Below are positions 9,335 through 17,989 of a DNA stretch of 40,160 nucleotides, piece after piece. Under the pieces are notes generated by a model. It had not been told where the DNA came from. It searched no databases and was given only the letters and a program-made list of their open reading frames with translations. Positions within the stretch are counted from its first letter, which is position 1, and each line of letters begins with the position of its first letter. The DNA is from a bacterium (GTDB lineage: Bacteria; UBA9089; CG2-30-40-21; SBAY01): positions 1-40,160 of the forward strand of contig JBFLYA010000007.1 in assembly GCA_040757115.1 (NCBI GenBank). The letters are read 5' to 3'. A program made the position numbers and the translations under genes.

Positions 9335-10246
9335 ATGGGAGAAAATGGACATAGGCTTTTAATGGGAAAGGTGCTTTTCGGGGGGAAAATTATTTTAGAG
9401 ACAGGACTTCATATCGGTGGGTCCCAGGAGTCTATGCAGATAGGTGGTGTTGACCTGCCAGTTATCAGGGATTCGGCAAACAACCTGCCCTATATTCCTG
9501 GAAGTTCTTTAAAGGGAAAACTAAGAAGCACCCTTGAGAAATTTGGAGAGCGGATTAAGGAGAATAAAAGGGAGAAACTCTCCTCCAACCGAAATATAGG
9601 AACATACAGAAATCCCTTATTCATCCACTGCTGTGAAGATGTCAGATATTCATTATCCTGTGATGTCTGCAGAATCTTTGGCTCAAGTGGTGATGATAGG
9701 TCTGTCCCAAAAGGGGAAAAGGCGGAAAATTTCCCATCACTATTGATGGTTAGAGACTGTCTTCTCGATGAAAGTCTGATAGAGGTCTCTTCTGTTTTTA
9801 CTGAGGTAAAGATAGAAACCGGTATAGACAGGACAACTATGTCTGCCAATCCAAGAAGGATTGAAAGGGTTTTGCCTGATAATGTGTTCAAATTTGAAAT
9901 GGTTTATACCGTTGACTCACTTGGATTTACAGGTAGAGACAAACCTTGCTTTAGAGAAGATGCCTTAAAAAGAGACCTGAATAACCTTCTAACTTGTATG
10001 GAGATTATCCAGAATGAAGGGATAGGAGGTTATACCTCTCGGGGTTATGGCAAGATAAAATTTACATTTAAAGAATTTGTGGGAAGGTCTCTGGGTTATT
10101 TTATGGGTGATGAGAGAAAGTGGAAGGGTAAAGTAGAAAAAGAGGGAGAATTTACCATAGAAGAGGCAAGGGGTGAGATAGACAATATTGTGAACTTTTT
10201 GAAAGAGGAGGCACAAGGTGTTATTGCTGGCAAGGATGAGATTTAA
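9335..10246 (+). CDS. csm3: Type III-A RAMP Csm3 (Cas7)
   Basis: TGLHIGG...GGVD (catalytic Asp position), PYIPGSSLKGKLRS, CRIFG, ANPRRIERV, IGGYTSRGYG. Confidence 0.96.
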   Translation: MGENGHRLLMGKVLFGGKIILETGLHIGGSQESMQIGGVDLPVIRDSANNLPYIPGSSLKGKLRSTLEKFGERIKENKREKLSSNRNIGTYRNPLFIHCCEDVRYSLSCDVCRIFGSSGDDRSVPKGEKAENFPSLLMVRDCLLDESLIEVSSVFTEVKIETGIDRTTMSANPRRIERVLPDNVFKFEMVYTVDSLGFTGRDKPCFREDALKRDLNNLLTCMEIIQNEGIGGYTSRGYGKIKFTFKEFVGRSLGYFMGDERKWKGKVEKEGEFTIEEARGEIDNIVNFLKEEAQGVIAGKDEI

Positions 10247-11186
10247 AAGGGCTATATCCATTGGAGGTGGAGATTTATCCCTTGGGGAAGGATTTACCGG
10301 TATTCTTCATTCAGACACAATCTTTAGTGGTATTGCCAATAAGTTGGCTGAGATACCCAGCAATTACGATGGTGGATATTCTATAAAGGAATTAATTAGC
10401 AATTTGAACACTGATTCTCCTCCCTTTAGAATTTCCTCAGCCTTCCCTTATTTTATGGATGAATATTACCTTCCCACCCCATACGGGACAGGTGAACTGT
10501 ATCTGGAGAAATTAAAAGATGTTCCCCTCATTAAGCTCTCTGATTTTCTTGAGCTTGCCTCAGGCAACTACGAAAGAATCAAAAAGAAACCACTCAAAGA
10601 TTCTGTTAATGAGCTGATGGTAAGTTTTACTGCCCCGAGGGTGACCATTGATAGAATAACTACCTCTACAAATATCTATCAGACTACCGGATGGCTGATG
10701 AATCAAGACTGTGGGCTTTACTTTTTAATAGACCTTAAAGATGAATTACTCAAGGATAAACTTTTGCTGTGTATAAGGCTTCTGGGTGAAAGTGGAATAG
10801 GTGGTGATAGAAGCATCGGTTATGGTATTTTTGATTCAGAGCTTATTGAGATAGATAATTTGCCTGAATGGTCTGAGTTATTTCAAGAAAGAGGCGGGAA
10901 AAACACTTCTTATTATTCCCTTTCACTCTGCTATCCCTCAAACAATGATGAGGCAAAAGAGGCTATATCGTATAATATTCTTTCCAGAAAGGGCTGGATC
11001 TTCTCAAGCTCCTCTATAAAACAGAGCAAACGCAGAGAATGTAAGATGTTTGCCGAGGGCTCATTATTTAAAAGCCCAATAAAAGGTCAGATGGCAAAGG
11101 TAGCTCCCTCAAGGTTTCGCCAGGAGGAACATGAGGTCTATAGATACGGACTTGGGATGATGGTTGAAATTGTTAATCATTATTAA
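10218..11186 (+). CDS. csm4: Type III-A RAMP Csm4 (Cas5)
   Basis: LHSDTIFSG, ISSAFPY, LGESGIGGDRSIGYG, MFAEGSLF, HEVYRYG. Confidence 0.95.
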   Translation: MLLLARMRFKRAISIGGGDLSLGEGFTGILHSDTIFSGIANKLAEIPSNYDGGYSIKELISNLNTDSPPFRISSAFPYFMDEYYLPTPYGTGELYLEKLKDVPLIKLSDFLELASGNYERIKKKPLKDSVNELMVSFTAPRVTIDRITTSTNIYQTTGWLMNQDCGLYFLIDLKDELLKDKLLLCIRLLGESGIGGDRSIGYGIFDSELIEIDNLPEWSELFQERGGKNTSYYSLSLCYPSNNDEAKEAISYNILSRKGWIFSSSSIKQSKRRECKMFAEGSLFKSPIKGQMAKVAPSRFRQEEHEVYRYGLGMMVEIVNHY

Positions 11187-11196
11187 GGAGTCTTTT

Positions 11197-12096
11197 ATGG
11201 GGATTGATGCTTTAAAGTTAGATGATTATATAAAGGATTGTTTAATCCTTAAGGCAAGGTTGGAAAATGACTTTAAAACTTCGTATGAGAAACTCCTATG
11301 CTCAACAATAGACATTAAATTTACTGAGTTAAATAAAAAAATAGAACCTTTTAAAACATTTAATGATGCAAATAGAAAAATTGAAGAGGCAGGCGCACAT
11401 TTGTGCGTTATAGAAAAGGATATTCTACAGTTTGCTGGCCTTGATGCAGAGAAAACTGAGAATTTATTTAAACCAATAAAAGAATCCGTAGAGAAGATAA
11501 TTAAGAATTTTCAAAAGGGGTTAGCCATCATTAACACCGAGACAGTCCGATTATTTAAAGAAATCAGTGAATGCTCACCAGGAGACGGTAAAAGCTTTCA
11601 AGATCTTGTTCTTGAATTCTTTGATGTCATATTTATAGATGAAATAAATAGATATAGATATGGAGAGGAAGAACCAAAAGAGCTAAAAAAAAGAGAATTT
11701 AAGATTTTAAAAAGGCTTGATGGATTTTATACTAAGTGTGATTCCTTTGATGCGAAACAAAGAATAGGCTTTGAGTTTCAGGGATTAATTATAGAGTGTA
11801 AAAACAAAAGACCAGATATAAATGATTTGATGCAATGCTTTAAATATACTCTTTATTTTCAAGATACAGAATTATCTAAGGTGCCATTGACATTGTTGGT
11901 GGGTAGGGATTCACCAAGAGAAAATAGTTCAATCTGGGAGATAAATAGGAAAATATTTGATAAGTCAATAGCCAATGAAACAAGGCTTATTTTAATTCTG
12001 GATAGGAAAGATTTAGGTGAAATGAAGGAAAATAAAGTTAAAGGTAGAGATTCAGCTATGGTTATAAAAGATAAGGTGAAAAAATTCAGCTCCTAA
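11197..12096 (+). CDS. Putative PD-(D/E)xK restriction-endonuclease-fold protein with helical N-terminus
   Basis: CSPGDGKSFQDLVLEFFDVIF, IIECKN, DLMQCFKY motifs; RBS AAGGAG 10 nt after the csm4 stop region. Confidence 0.55.
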   Translation: MGIDALKLDDYIKDCLILKARLENDFKTSYEKLLCSTIDIKFTELNKKIEPFKTFNDANRKIEEAGAHLCVIEKDILQFAGLDAEKTENLFKPIKESVEKIIKNFQKGLAIINTETVRLFKEISECSPGDGKSFQDLVLEFFDVIFIDEINRYRYGEEEPKELKKREFKILKRLDGFYTKCDSFDAKQRIGFEFQGLIIECKNKRPDINDLMQCFKYTLYFQDTELSKVPLTLLVGRDSPRENSSIWEINRKIFDKSIANETRLILILDRKDLGEMKENKVKGRDSAMVIKDKVKKFSS

Positions 12097-12106
12097 GGAG
12101 GAAAAT

Positions 12107-13090
12107 ATGGATAATTTAGAAAGTCTCTTTGAAATTTGGAAACAGAGGAATTGCAATCTGAATTTTTATTTTCAGCACATATTTAATCAGGCATTAGAGG
12201 CTCTTGCCAATAATACCACAAGTAAAATAAGAGAAGAAATAGGTAAAGGCAGATATAAAGCCTTATTCACTCCGGTTGGTTACTCTATAGAAAATATTGC
12301 CCTTATCTCTGGCTTTATTAAACCAAAGTATTTGATGATGGCTTTCTCTGAAAAAACCAGGAGTTTCCACAGAAGACATATAGATTTGGTTAAAGAGAAT
12401 ATAAAAAATATGTGTCCAGATATGAAAATTGATGAGGTTATGATTCTCAGTGATGACCAAAAAATTACCGAACAAAAAATTGTAAGCTGGATTGAAGAAA
12501 TGAATGCAGGATACAACCTTTCAAATAACCAATTGGCTATTGATCTAACCGGTGGAACAAAGCCAATGTCTATCGGTGCTTATAATGCCGCTGTATCCTT
12601 TAAAGATGTAGAGGCATTCTATCTGTGGACTGATTATGACGAAGATACTCAGATGCCAATTCCTGGCACTGAAAGGCTTGTTCAGCTAATAAAAGAAAAA
12701 TCTCAGTTAGATGAAGACTTCGTATTTGTTATTATGCCATTTAATGAGGAATTTAATAATGTTTATGACCGTATAAAGGAAGTAGTTGAAAGTTTAGGGA
12801 TGAGGTGCGAAAGGGTAGATGAACAGATTTTTTTCGGTGGGATTATGGATAAGATTAAAGAAAACTTGATAAAGGCAAGGATTATTATTGCTGAGTTATC
12901 AGAAAAGAATCTGAATGTATACTATGAGCTTGGACTATCTCATGGATATGAAAAAAGGGTAATAATGCTTACCCAGGATGTTAACAATTTGCCATTTGAT
13001 TTGCGACACTTAAGGATGGTAATTTATAATAAAAATAATCTTTTTGGGTTAAAAGAAAAACTTAGAAACGAGATTAAATCTGCTCTTTGA
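12107..13090 (+). CDS. CARF-domain effector fused to nucleoside 2-deoxyribosyltransferase/TIR-like domain
   Basis: CARF motifs LFTPVGYS and IDLTGGTKPMS; C-terminal FVIMPF...IIIAELSEKNLNVYYELGLSHG...LPFDLRH. Confidence 0.85.
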   Translation: MDNLESLFEIWKQRNCNLNFYFQHIFNQALEALANNTTSKIREEIGKGRYKALFTPVGYSIENIALISGFIKPKYLMMAFSEKTRSFHRRHIDLVKENIKNMCPDMKIDEVMILSDDQKITEQKIVSWIEEMNAGYNLSNNQLAIDLTGGTKPMSIGAYNAAVSFKDVEAFYLWTDYDEDTQMPIPGTERLVQLIKEKSQLDEDFVFVIMPFNEEFNNVYDRIKEVVESLGMRCERVDEQIFFGGIMDKIKENLIKARIIIAELSEKNLNVYYELGLSHGYEKRVIMLTQDVNNLPFDLRHLRMVIYNKNNLFGLKEKLRNEIKSAL

Positions 13091-13325
13091 AAAGTGAATA
13101 AGACCTGATGAATAAGGGATTGCGACTCGTAGTAAAAAAGAGAGTCATGTTCTGGATTTGGCTTGATCCGTGCGAATAATAGACCTGATGAATAAGGGAT
13201 TGCGACAATCCAGGAAAGTTAAACAGCCAAAGTCTATTTTTGTGCGAATAATAGACCTGATGAATAAGGGATTGCGACGAAGAAAGCGGGACTCGGGGCT
13301 CGGGGCTCGGGGAAAAAGGAGGAAT

Positions 13326-13905
13326 GTAGTGAGGGTCTTTAGACCCGTCTTTAGTCTTTTACAGGAGGTAAAAAATTGTGTCAGCACCAAGATTAGAAAA
13401 TTTTGATTATATTGGTTATGCTGCTTATTCAATCACAATATGTTGTAATTTTAAACATAACTATTTTGAATCAGATAAAACAGTCCATGAATGTATAAAT
13501 ATATTAAAAGAGATTGCAGAAAAATATCAATTCAAGATTTATTTATACACATTTATGCCCGACCATTTGCACTTATGTGTTATTGGTGATTCTGAAAATG
13601 CAAATTTACAAAAGATGATTAAGATATTTAAACAGAAATGTGGATTCTGGTTTAAAAAAGAATATAATAAACAGTTGTTTCAACAAGGATACTATGACCA
13701 TATTATTAGGAAAGAAGAAGGGATTGAAAATGTAATGAAATATATTGCCAATAATCCAGTAAGAAAAGAACTATGTAAAAATTTTGAAGATTATAGATTT
13801 ACAGGTTCATTTGAGTTTGATGTAAATAAAATATTTATGTAGTTTCCAGTTTAGTTTCTAAAACGGGTCTAAAGACCTCACTACATTTTAAAAGACCCTC
13901 ACTAC
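13326..13905. mobile_element. REP-flanked tyrosine transposase unit (REPtron-like)
   Basis: GTAG-TGAGGGTCTTTAGACCCGT at 13326-13348, inverted copy at 13863-13884 and partial copy at 13891-13905. Confidence 0.8.
13378..13842 (+). CDS. REP-associated tyrosine transposase (RAYT, IS200-like Y1 HUH)
   Basis: YSITIC, FMPDHLHL (HUH), FQQGYYDHIIR, YIANNP. Confidence 0.9.
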   Translation: MSAPRLENFDYIGYAAYSITICCNFKHNYFESDKTVHECINILKEIAEKYQFKIYLYTFMPDHLHLCVIGDSENANLQKMIKIFKQKCGFWFKKEYNKQLFQQGYYDHIIRKEEGIENVMKYIANNPVRKELCKNFEDYRFTGSFEFDVNKIFM

Positions 13906-14146
13906 ATTTTAATAGGTTAGGTTAGTATTTTTAGCCTTGCCGAGCCACTATGTGCAAGGGGTTTTGACCCCTGCGTGCGAATAATAGACCTGATGAATAA
14001 GAGATTGCGACGGCCCGCCGATGGCGGAGTTGAAAGTGAAAGTTGAAAGTGAAAGGAGAGAACGAATGGCAGAGTGAAAGTCAAAAGTGAAAGTGAAATA
14101 CGAGCTATGTTGAGTAAAATGATAGACACATTAGATAAGGAGTTCA

Positions 14147-14210
14147 TGGGGTCAAACCTTGATTATGGAATACAGAATGCCTTAACTTCAATAATCAAGG
14201 TTTGACCCCA
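14147..14210. repeat. Perfect 20-bp inverted repeat
   Basis: TGGGGTCAAACCTTGATTAT ... ATAATCAAGGTTTGACCCCA; related hairpin at 29852-29892. Confidence 0.85.
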
Positions 14211-14259
14211 AAATCCTCTCTATAGCTACAGAGGTCCTCCTGACAATAAACAGCGTCAA

Positions 14260-14895
14260 ATGGATATAAAACAAACTTTGAAAAAAAATGGTAAACTTGC
14301 CGCAGAACTTGACATGGTCTGGGGAACAAGTGGTAATATGAGTTTGAGAATAGATGAAGATAGTTTTCTTATCACCACCAGTGGAGCCTCACTTGGAAAC
14401 CTGCAGGACGAAGAGATGATTATTTGTCAGATAAATGATGATTTGGTTAAGGGAAAACCATCTATGGAATTTAGAATGCATAAACAAATCTATCTTCAAA
14501 GAAAAGAAATTATGGCTGTTCTTCATTCCCAACCTCTGTTTAGTACCATTGTGGCTTGTGCTAAAAATCTGGAAATAAAAACACAAATTATCCCGGAATC
14601 AATTGTTTATCTCAAAAAGATAGAAAGAGTGCCATATCAACATCCTGGCAGTCTGGAACTGGCATTAGCAGTTGGGGAAAAGATTAAAAATGCTACTATC
14701 TTGTTACTTGAAAATCATGGCGTTGTTTGTGCCGGTGATTCTATCGAAGAGGTGATTAATAAAACCCAGACACTTGAGTTTCTATGCAAATTAATTATCT
14801 TCTCAAAATCGGCGAATATAGAATTAAGACCTATTGCCAGGCAGAAAGCCAGTGCTTTTCTTAACTCATTGGATATAGAGATTGATAGGTGGTAA
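14260..14895 (+). CDS. Class II aldolase/adducin family protein
   Basis: GTSGNMSLR, KPSMEFRMH, AVLHSQP, LLENHGVV. Confidence 0.92.
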   Translation: MDIKQTLKKNGKLAAELDMVWGTSGNMSLRIDEDSFLITTSGASLGNLQDEEMIICQINDDLVKGKPSMEFRMHKQIYLQRKEIMAVLHSQPLFSTIVACAKNLEIKTQIIPESIVYLKKIERVPYQHPGSLELALAVGEKIKNATILLLENHGVVCAGDSIEEVINKTQTLEFLCKLIIFSKSANIELRPIARQKASAFLNSLDIEIDRW

Positions 14896-15402
14896 GGGTT
14901 CAGGTAAGATAAAAATAAGGAGAAAGGGAGAAGATGGAGAAGTGGAGAAAAGAAGAGTTAACTGATAGGATTATTAATGCCTGTATTAATGTCCATAAAA
15001 AGTTATGACCTGGTTTTCTGGAGAGCATCTATCACAATGCTTTGAAGGTTGAGTTTGCAAGACAGAACATCATCTTTGAATCAGAAAAAGAAGTCAAGAT
15101 ATTCTATCAAGGTGTTGAGGTTGGGATTCATAGACTTGATCTTTTTGTTGAAGATGAGATTGTGGTAGAGATTAAAACTGTTGAGGAGATAAGTGGGAAG
15201 TATTATAATCAGGTTAGATTATACCTTAGAGCAGTGGATAAAGAAATAGGGTTACTGGTAAATTTCGCAGACTCCAGGATTGATGTCCGAAGGGTGGAGC
15301 AAGAAAAAGTTTGAGCCATTTCTCCAATTCTCCCTTTTCCCCATTTCTCCTTGTTTACACTTCTAATGTATAGCCCTGTAATGTATAGCCCTGAACGGTT
15401 AC
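14892..15402. mobile_element. GTAA-ended element carrying a GxxExxY gene, 8-bp target duplication
   Basis: GTAAGGGTTCAGG ... CCTGAACGGTTAC flanked by GATAGGTG on both sides. Confidence 0.85.
14934..15314 (+). pseudogene. GxxExxY family protein with in-frame TGA
   Basis: ELTDRIINACINVHKKL*PGFLESIYHNAL...RLDLFVEDEIVVEIK...GLLVNF; TGA at 15006-15008 replaces the conserved Gly. Confidence 0.88.
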
Positions 15403-15407
15403 GATAG

Positions 15408-17660
15408 GTGAAAATGAAAAACTATAAAAATCTATTTGCCATATCCGTTATTTTTATCTTACCTATTATCTTCTTCTGGCGGATAATATTTTTAAATGAA
15501 ACCTTATTTGTTGGAGATATAATTAGTCTAAATTATCCTTCACGGGTATTTGTTCGGGACTGCATTAGAGAAGGCATTCTTCCTTTGTGGTGTCCTTATA
15601 TCTATTGTGGATTTCCTTTATTAGCCGAAGGACAGGCAGGTGTCTTCTACCCTTTAAACCTCATTTTATTTACCCTTCTTGAGCCAGTAACTGCCTTTAA
15701 CTTGAGTGTCATCCTCCATTTTTCTCTGGCAGGGCTATTTATGTTTATGTATTTGAGGATAATTAAATGTGACCAATGGAGTGCTCTTCTTGCCGGGATT
15801 ACATTTATGTTCAGTGGCGTATTTATAACCCACTTAATTTATTTTAATATGTTGACTATCTATGTCTGGTTGCCGTTAATCCTTTACCTGATTGAAATCT
15901 CATTTTTAAAAAAAGGCATAAGATACATAATTTTTATCGGTGTTATATTTGGGATGCAATTTTTAGGTGGTTACCCACAAGCCTCATTACAAATATTACT
16001 TGTTGTTACCGCATATCTTTTATTCAAAACCATTAAACTAAAAAGGTTAGTTATCATTTTTTTAATTGCATCCGGGATTTATGCAATTCAATTATTTCCG
16101 ACTTATGAATTATTAAGAGAAAGTTACCGCAGTCAACCTATCCCTTATTATGAATGGGTATTAACCTCACTTTCTTTACCTCAACTTATTACCTTTATCC
16201 TGCCTGATTTCTTTGGTAATCCATTTAAAGGTATTTATGTTGGTGATTGGAATTACATTGACTTATGTGGCTATCTGGGGATTATCCCTCTAATCTTCGG
16301 AATAATGGCTATTAGTTTAAAAAGGGATAAATACACCTTTTTTTCCCTGGCAATATGCCTTTTAGGATTATTATTAGCCTTTGGAAAGTATAATCCACTT
16401 TATAATCTTTTGTATCATTTCCCGATAATAAGTTCAATCAGATATCCAGCACGATATTTATATCTATGGACATTTGGTATGTCTGTTTTGGCTGGTTTGG
16501 GATTCAATTATTTGCTTGAAAATCAATCTATAAAGAAACGGTTAGTTATTTTTACCTGTCTGTGTTTTAATTTGGTGAGTATCTTTTCGCTTATTTGGAT
16601 TTATGGAGAAAAAGATATCCTATATTCAATAATGATAAAAGACTGGTTGTTATTTATGACATTAAGCACATTGAGTTTTAGTCTGCTTATTTTATACCTG
16701 AAATATAAAATTACCCGGTCAATATTTGCCTCATTAAGTATTGTTGTTTTGATAGTGAATATCTTTATATATTGGTCCGGATTTAATCCGACAGTGAAAA
16801 AATCAATTTTAACTTCTACCCCGCAGTCAGTCCGTTTCTTAAAAAAAGATAAGAGTCTTTATCGAATTATTACCTGGGACTGGAAGGAAAAATATAAAGA
16901 CCCAATTGCCCGAAGTAATATTACTAAATTAAAGCCTTTTACAGAAGTAATAACACCAGTCAAAGAAAGCATCACTCCAAATCTTTCTTTATTATATAAA
17001 ATATCATCGATTGATGGTTGGCTTCCCTTAAATTTAAGTCGATACATCGAATTTAGCCAAATATTAAATTTTAAGCTATTTTCTTTAATCAATGGTAAGT
17101 ATATAATTACCTCTAAAGATACCCATATTCCTCATCCGTTGGTTTTTAGCAACGAGGCGATAAATATTTATGAAAATAAAACCTGTCTCCCAAGGGCATT
17201 TATTGTTCATCAGGCAAAGGTCATTAAAGATAAAGAAACTATTCTTCACACACTTAAAAGTGAGGATTTTTATCCCGGGGAATATGTTATCCTTGAGGAA
17301 GAAATAGACAAAAAAATATCACCTCAACTAAAGAATACCAAAGAGAAGGTCAAAATAACGAAATATTTCCCATTAGAGGTAAAAATAGAAGCAAGTTTAT
17401 CCAGAGCAGGTTTTCTTGTTCTTACTGATACCTATTATCCTAACTGGGAGGTCTATGTAAATAATAAAAAAGAAAAAATTTATCGAGCAGATTTTTTATT
17501 TAGAGCCGTTCCTTTACCTGCAGGGAATTTTAGCCTCAGGTTTGTTTATAATCCTGTCTCTTTTAATCTTGGGGCAAAAATTACCGTTATCACCTTGATT
17601 TTTCTTGGCGGACTATATATCTTCGGAGATGTCTTGAACCCGGGCAAGCGTTCTCGATAG
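15408..17660 (+). CDS. YfhO-family multi-pass membrane protein (GT-C-like)
   Basis: PLWCPYIYCGFPLLA, many TM segments, RYPARY, LPRAF, LVLTDTYYPNW. Confidence 0.85.
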   Translation: MKMKNYKNLFAISVIFILPIIFFWRIIFLNETLFVGDIISLNYPSRVFVRDCIREGILPLWCPYIYCGFPLLAEGQAGVFYPLNLILFTLLEPVTAFNLSVILHFSLAGLFMFMYLRIIKCDQWSALLAGITFMFSGVFITHLIYFNMLTIYVWLPLILYLIEISFLKKGIRYIIFIGVIFGMQFLGGYPQASLQILLVVTAYLLFKTIKLKRLVIIFLIASGIYAIQLFPTYELLRESYRSQPIPYYEWVLTSLSLPQLITFILPDFFGNPFKGIYVGDWNYIDLCGYLGIIPLIFGIMAISLKRDKYTFFSLAICLLGLLLAFGKYNPLYNLLYHFPIISSIRYPARYLYLWTFGMSVLAGLGFNYLLENQSIKKRLVIFTCLCFNLVSIFSLIWIYGEKDILYSIMIKDWLLFMTLSTLSFSLLILYLKYKITRSIFASLSIVVLIVNIFIYWSGFNPTVKKSILTSTPQSVRFLKKDKSLYRIITWDWKEKYKDPIARSNITKLKPFTEVITPVKESITPNLSLLYKISSIDGWLPLNLSRYIEFSQILNFKLFSLINGKYIITSKDTHIPHPLVFSNEAINIYENKTCLPRAFIVHQAKVIKDKETILHTLKSEDFYPGEYVILEEEIDKKISPQLKNTKEKVKITKYFPLEVKIEASLSRAGFLVLTDTYYPNWEVYVNNKKEKIYRADFLFRAVPLPAGNFSLRFVYNPVSFNLGAKITVITLIFLGGLYIFGDVLNPGKRSR

Positions 17661-17662
17661 AT

Positions 17663-17911
17663 TATAACACTTATTAATCGAAATTTGACATAGATATGGC
17701 TCTGAAATTCCAAATCACAAATTCCAAATTCCATTTAGTGAATTAGTGAATTAAGCGAATTAGCGAATTAGTAAAATCTAATCTCTAATTCACTAATCTC
17801 TAATTCGCTTTTTGGTATGTGGAATTTGGTGCTTATTTGAGATTTGGTGCTTGGGATTTGGGATTTTTTACTTATCCACTCTGAGTAAAATTTTGACTAA
17901 TAACTGCTATA
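17663..17911. mobile_element. TA-ended MITE (IS630-like), subfamily 1
   Basis: Reverse-complement relative of 35927-36148 (TATAGCAGTTATTAGTCAAAATTTTACTCAGAGTGGATAAG). Confidence 0.75.
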
Positions 17912-17951
17912 AGTAACCAATCTGCAATATTACTCAATATTTACAAAAATC

Positions 17952-17980
17952 TTGACATTTAACCTTAAAAGTGTTATATT
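17952..17980 (+). promoter_or_regulatory. Sigma70-type promoter
   Basis: TTGACA-17bp-TATATT with extended TG. Confidence 0.6.
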
Positions 17981-17989
17981 TAATTTATA

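Larger units (their letters stand above)
13091..14011 (+). CRISPR. Mini CRISPR array: 4 repeats, 2 normal spacers, 1 gene-sized insert
   Basis: Repeat GTGCGAATAATAGACCTGATGAATAAGGGATTGCGAC (37 nt) at 13170-13206, 13242-13278 and 13975-14011 (1 mismatch); 5'-degenerate copy ending 13126; spacers of 43 and 35 nt. Confidence 0.92.

Noticed and set aside
13145-13432. ORFs 13145-13432 (-), 13170-13406 (+) and 13917-14147 (-)
   Set aside because: They are translations of CRISPR repeats and tandem repeats.
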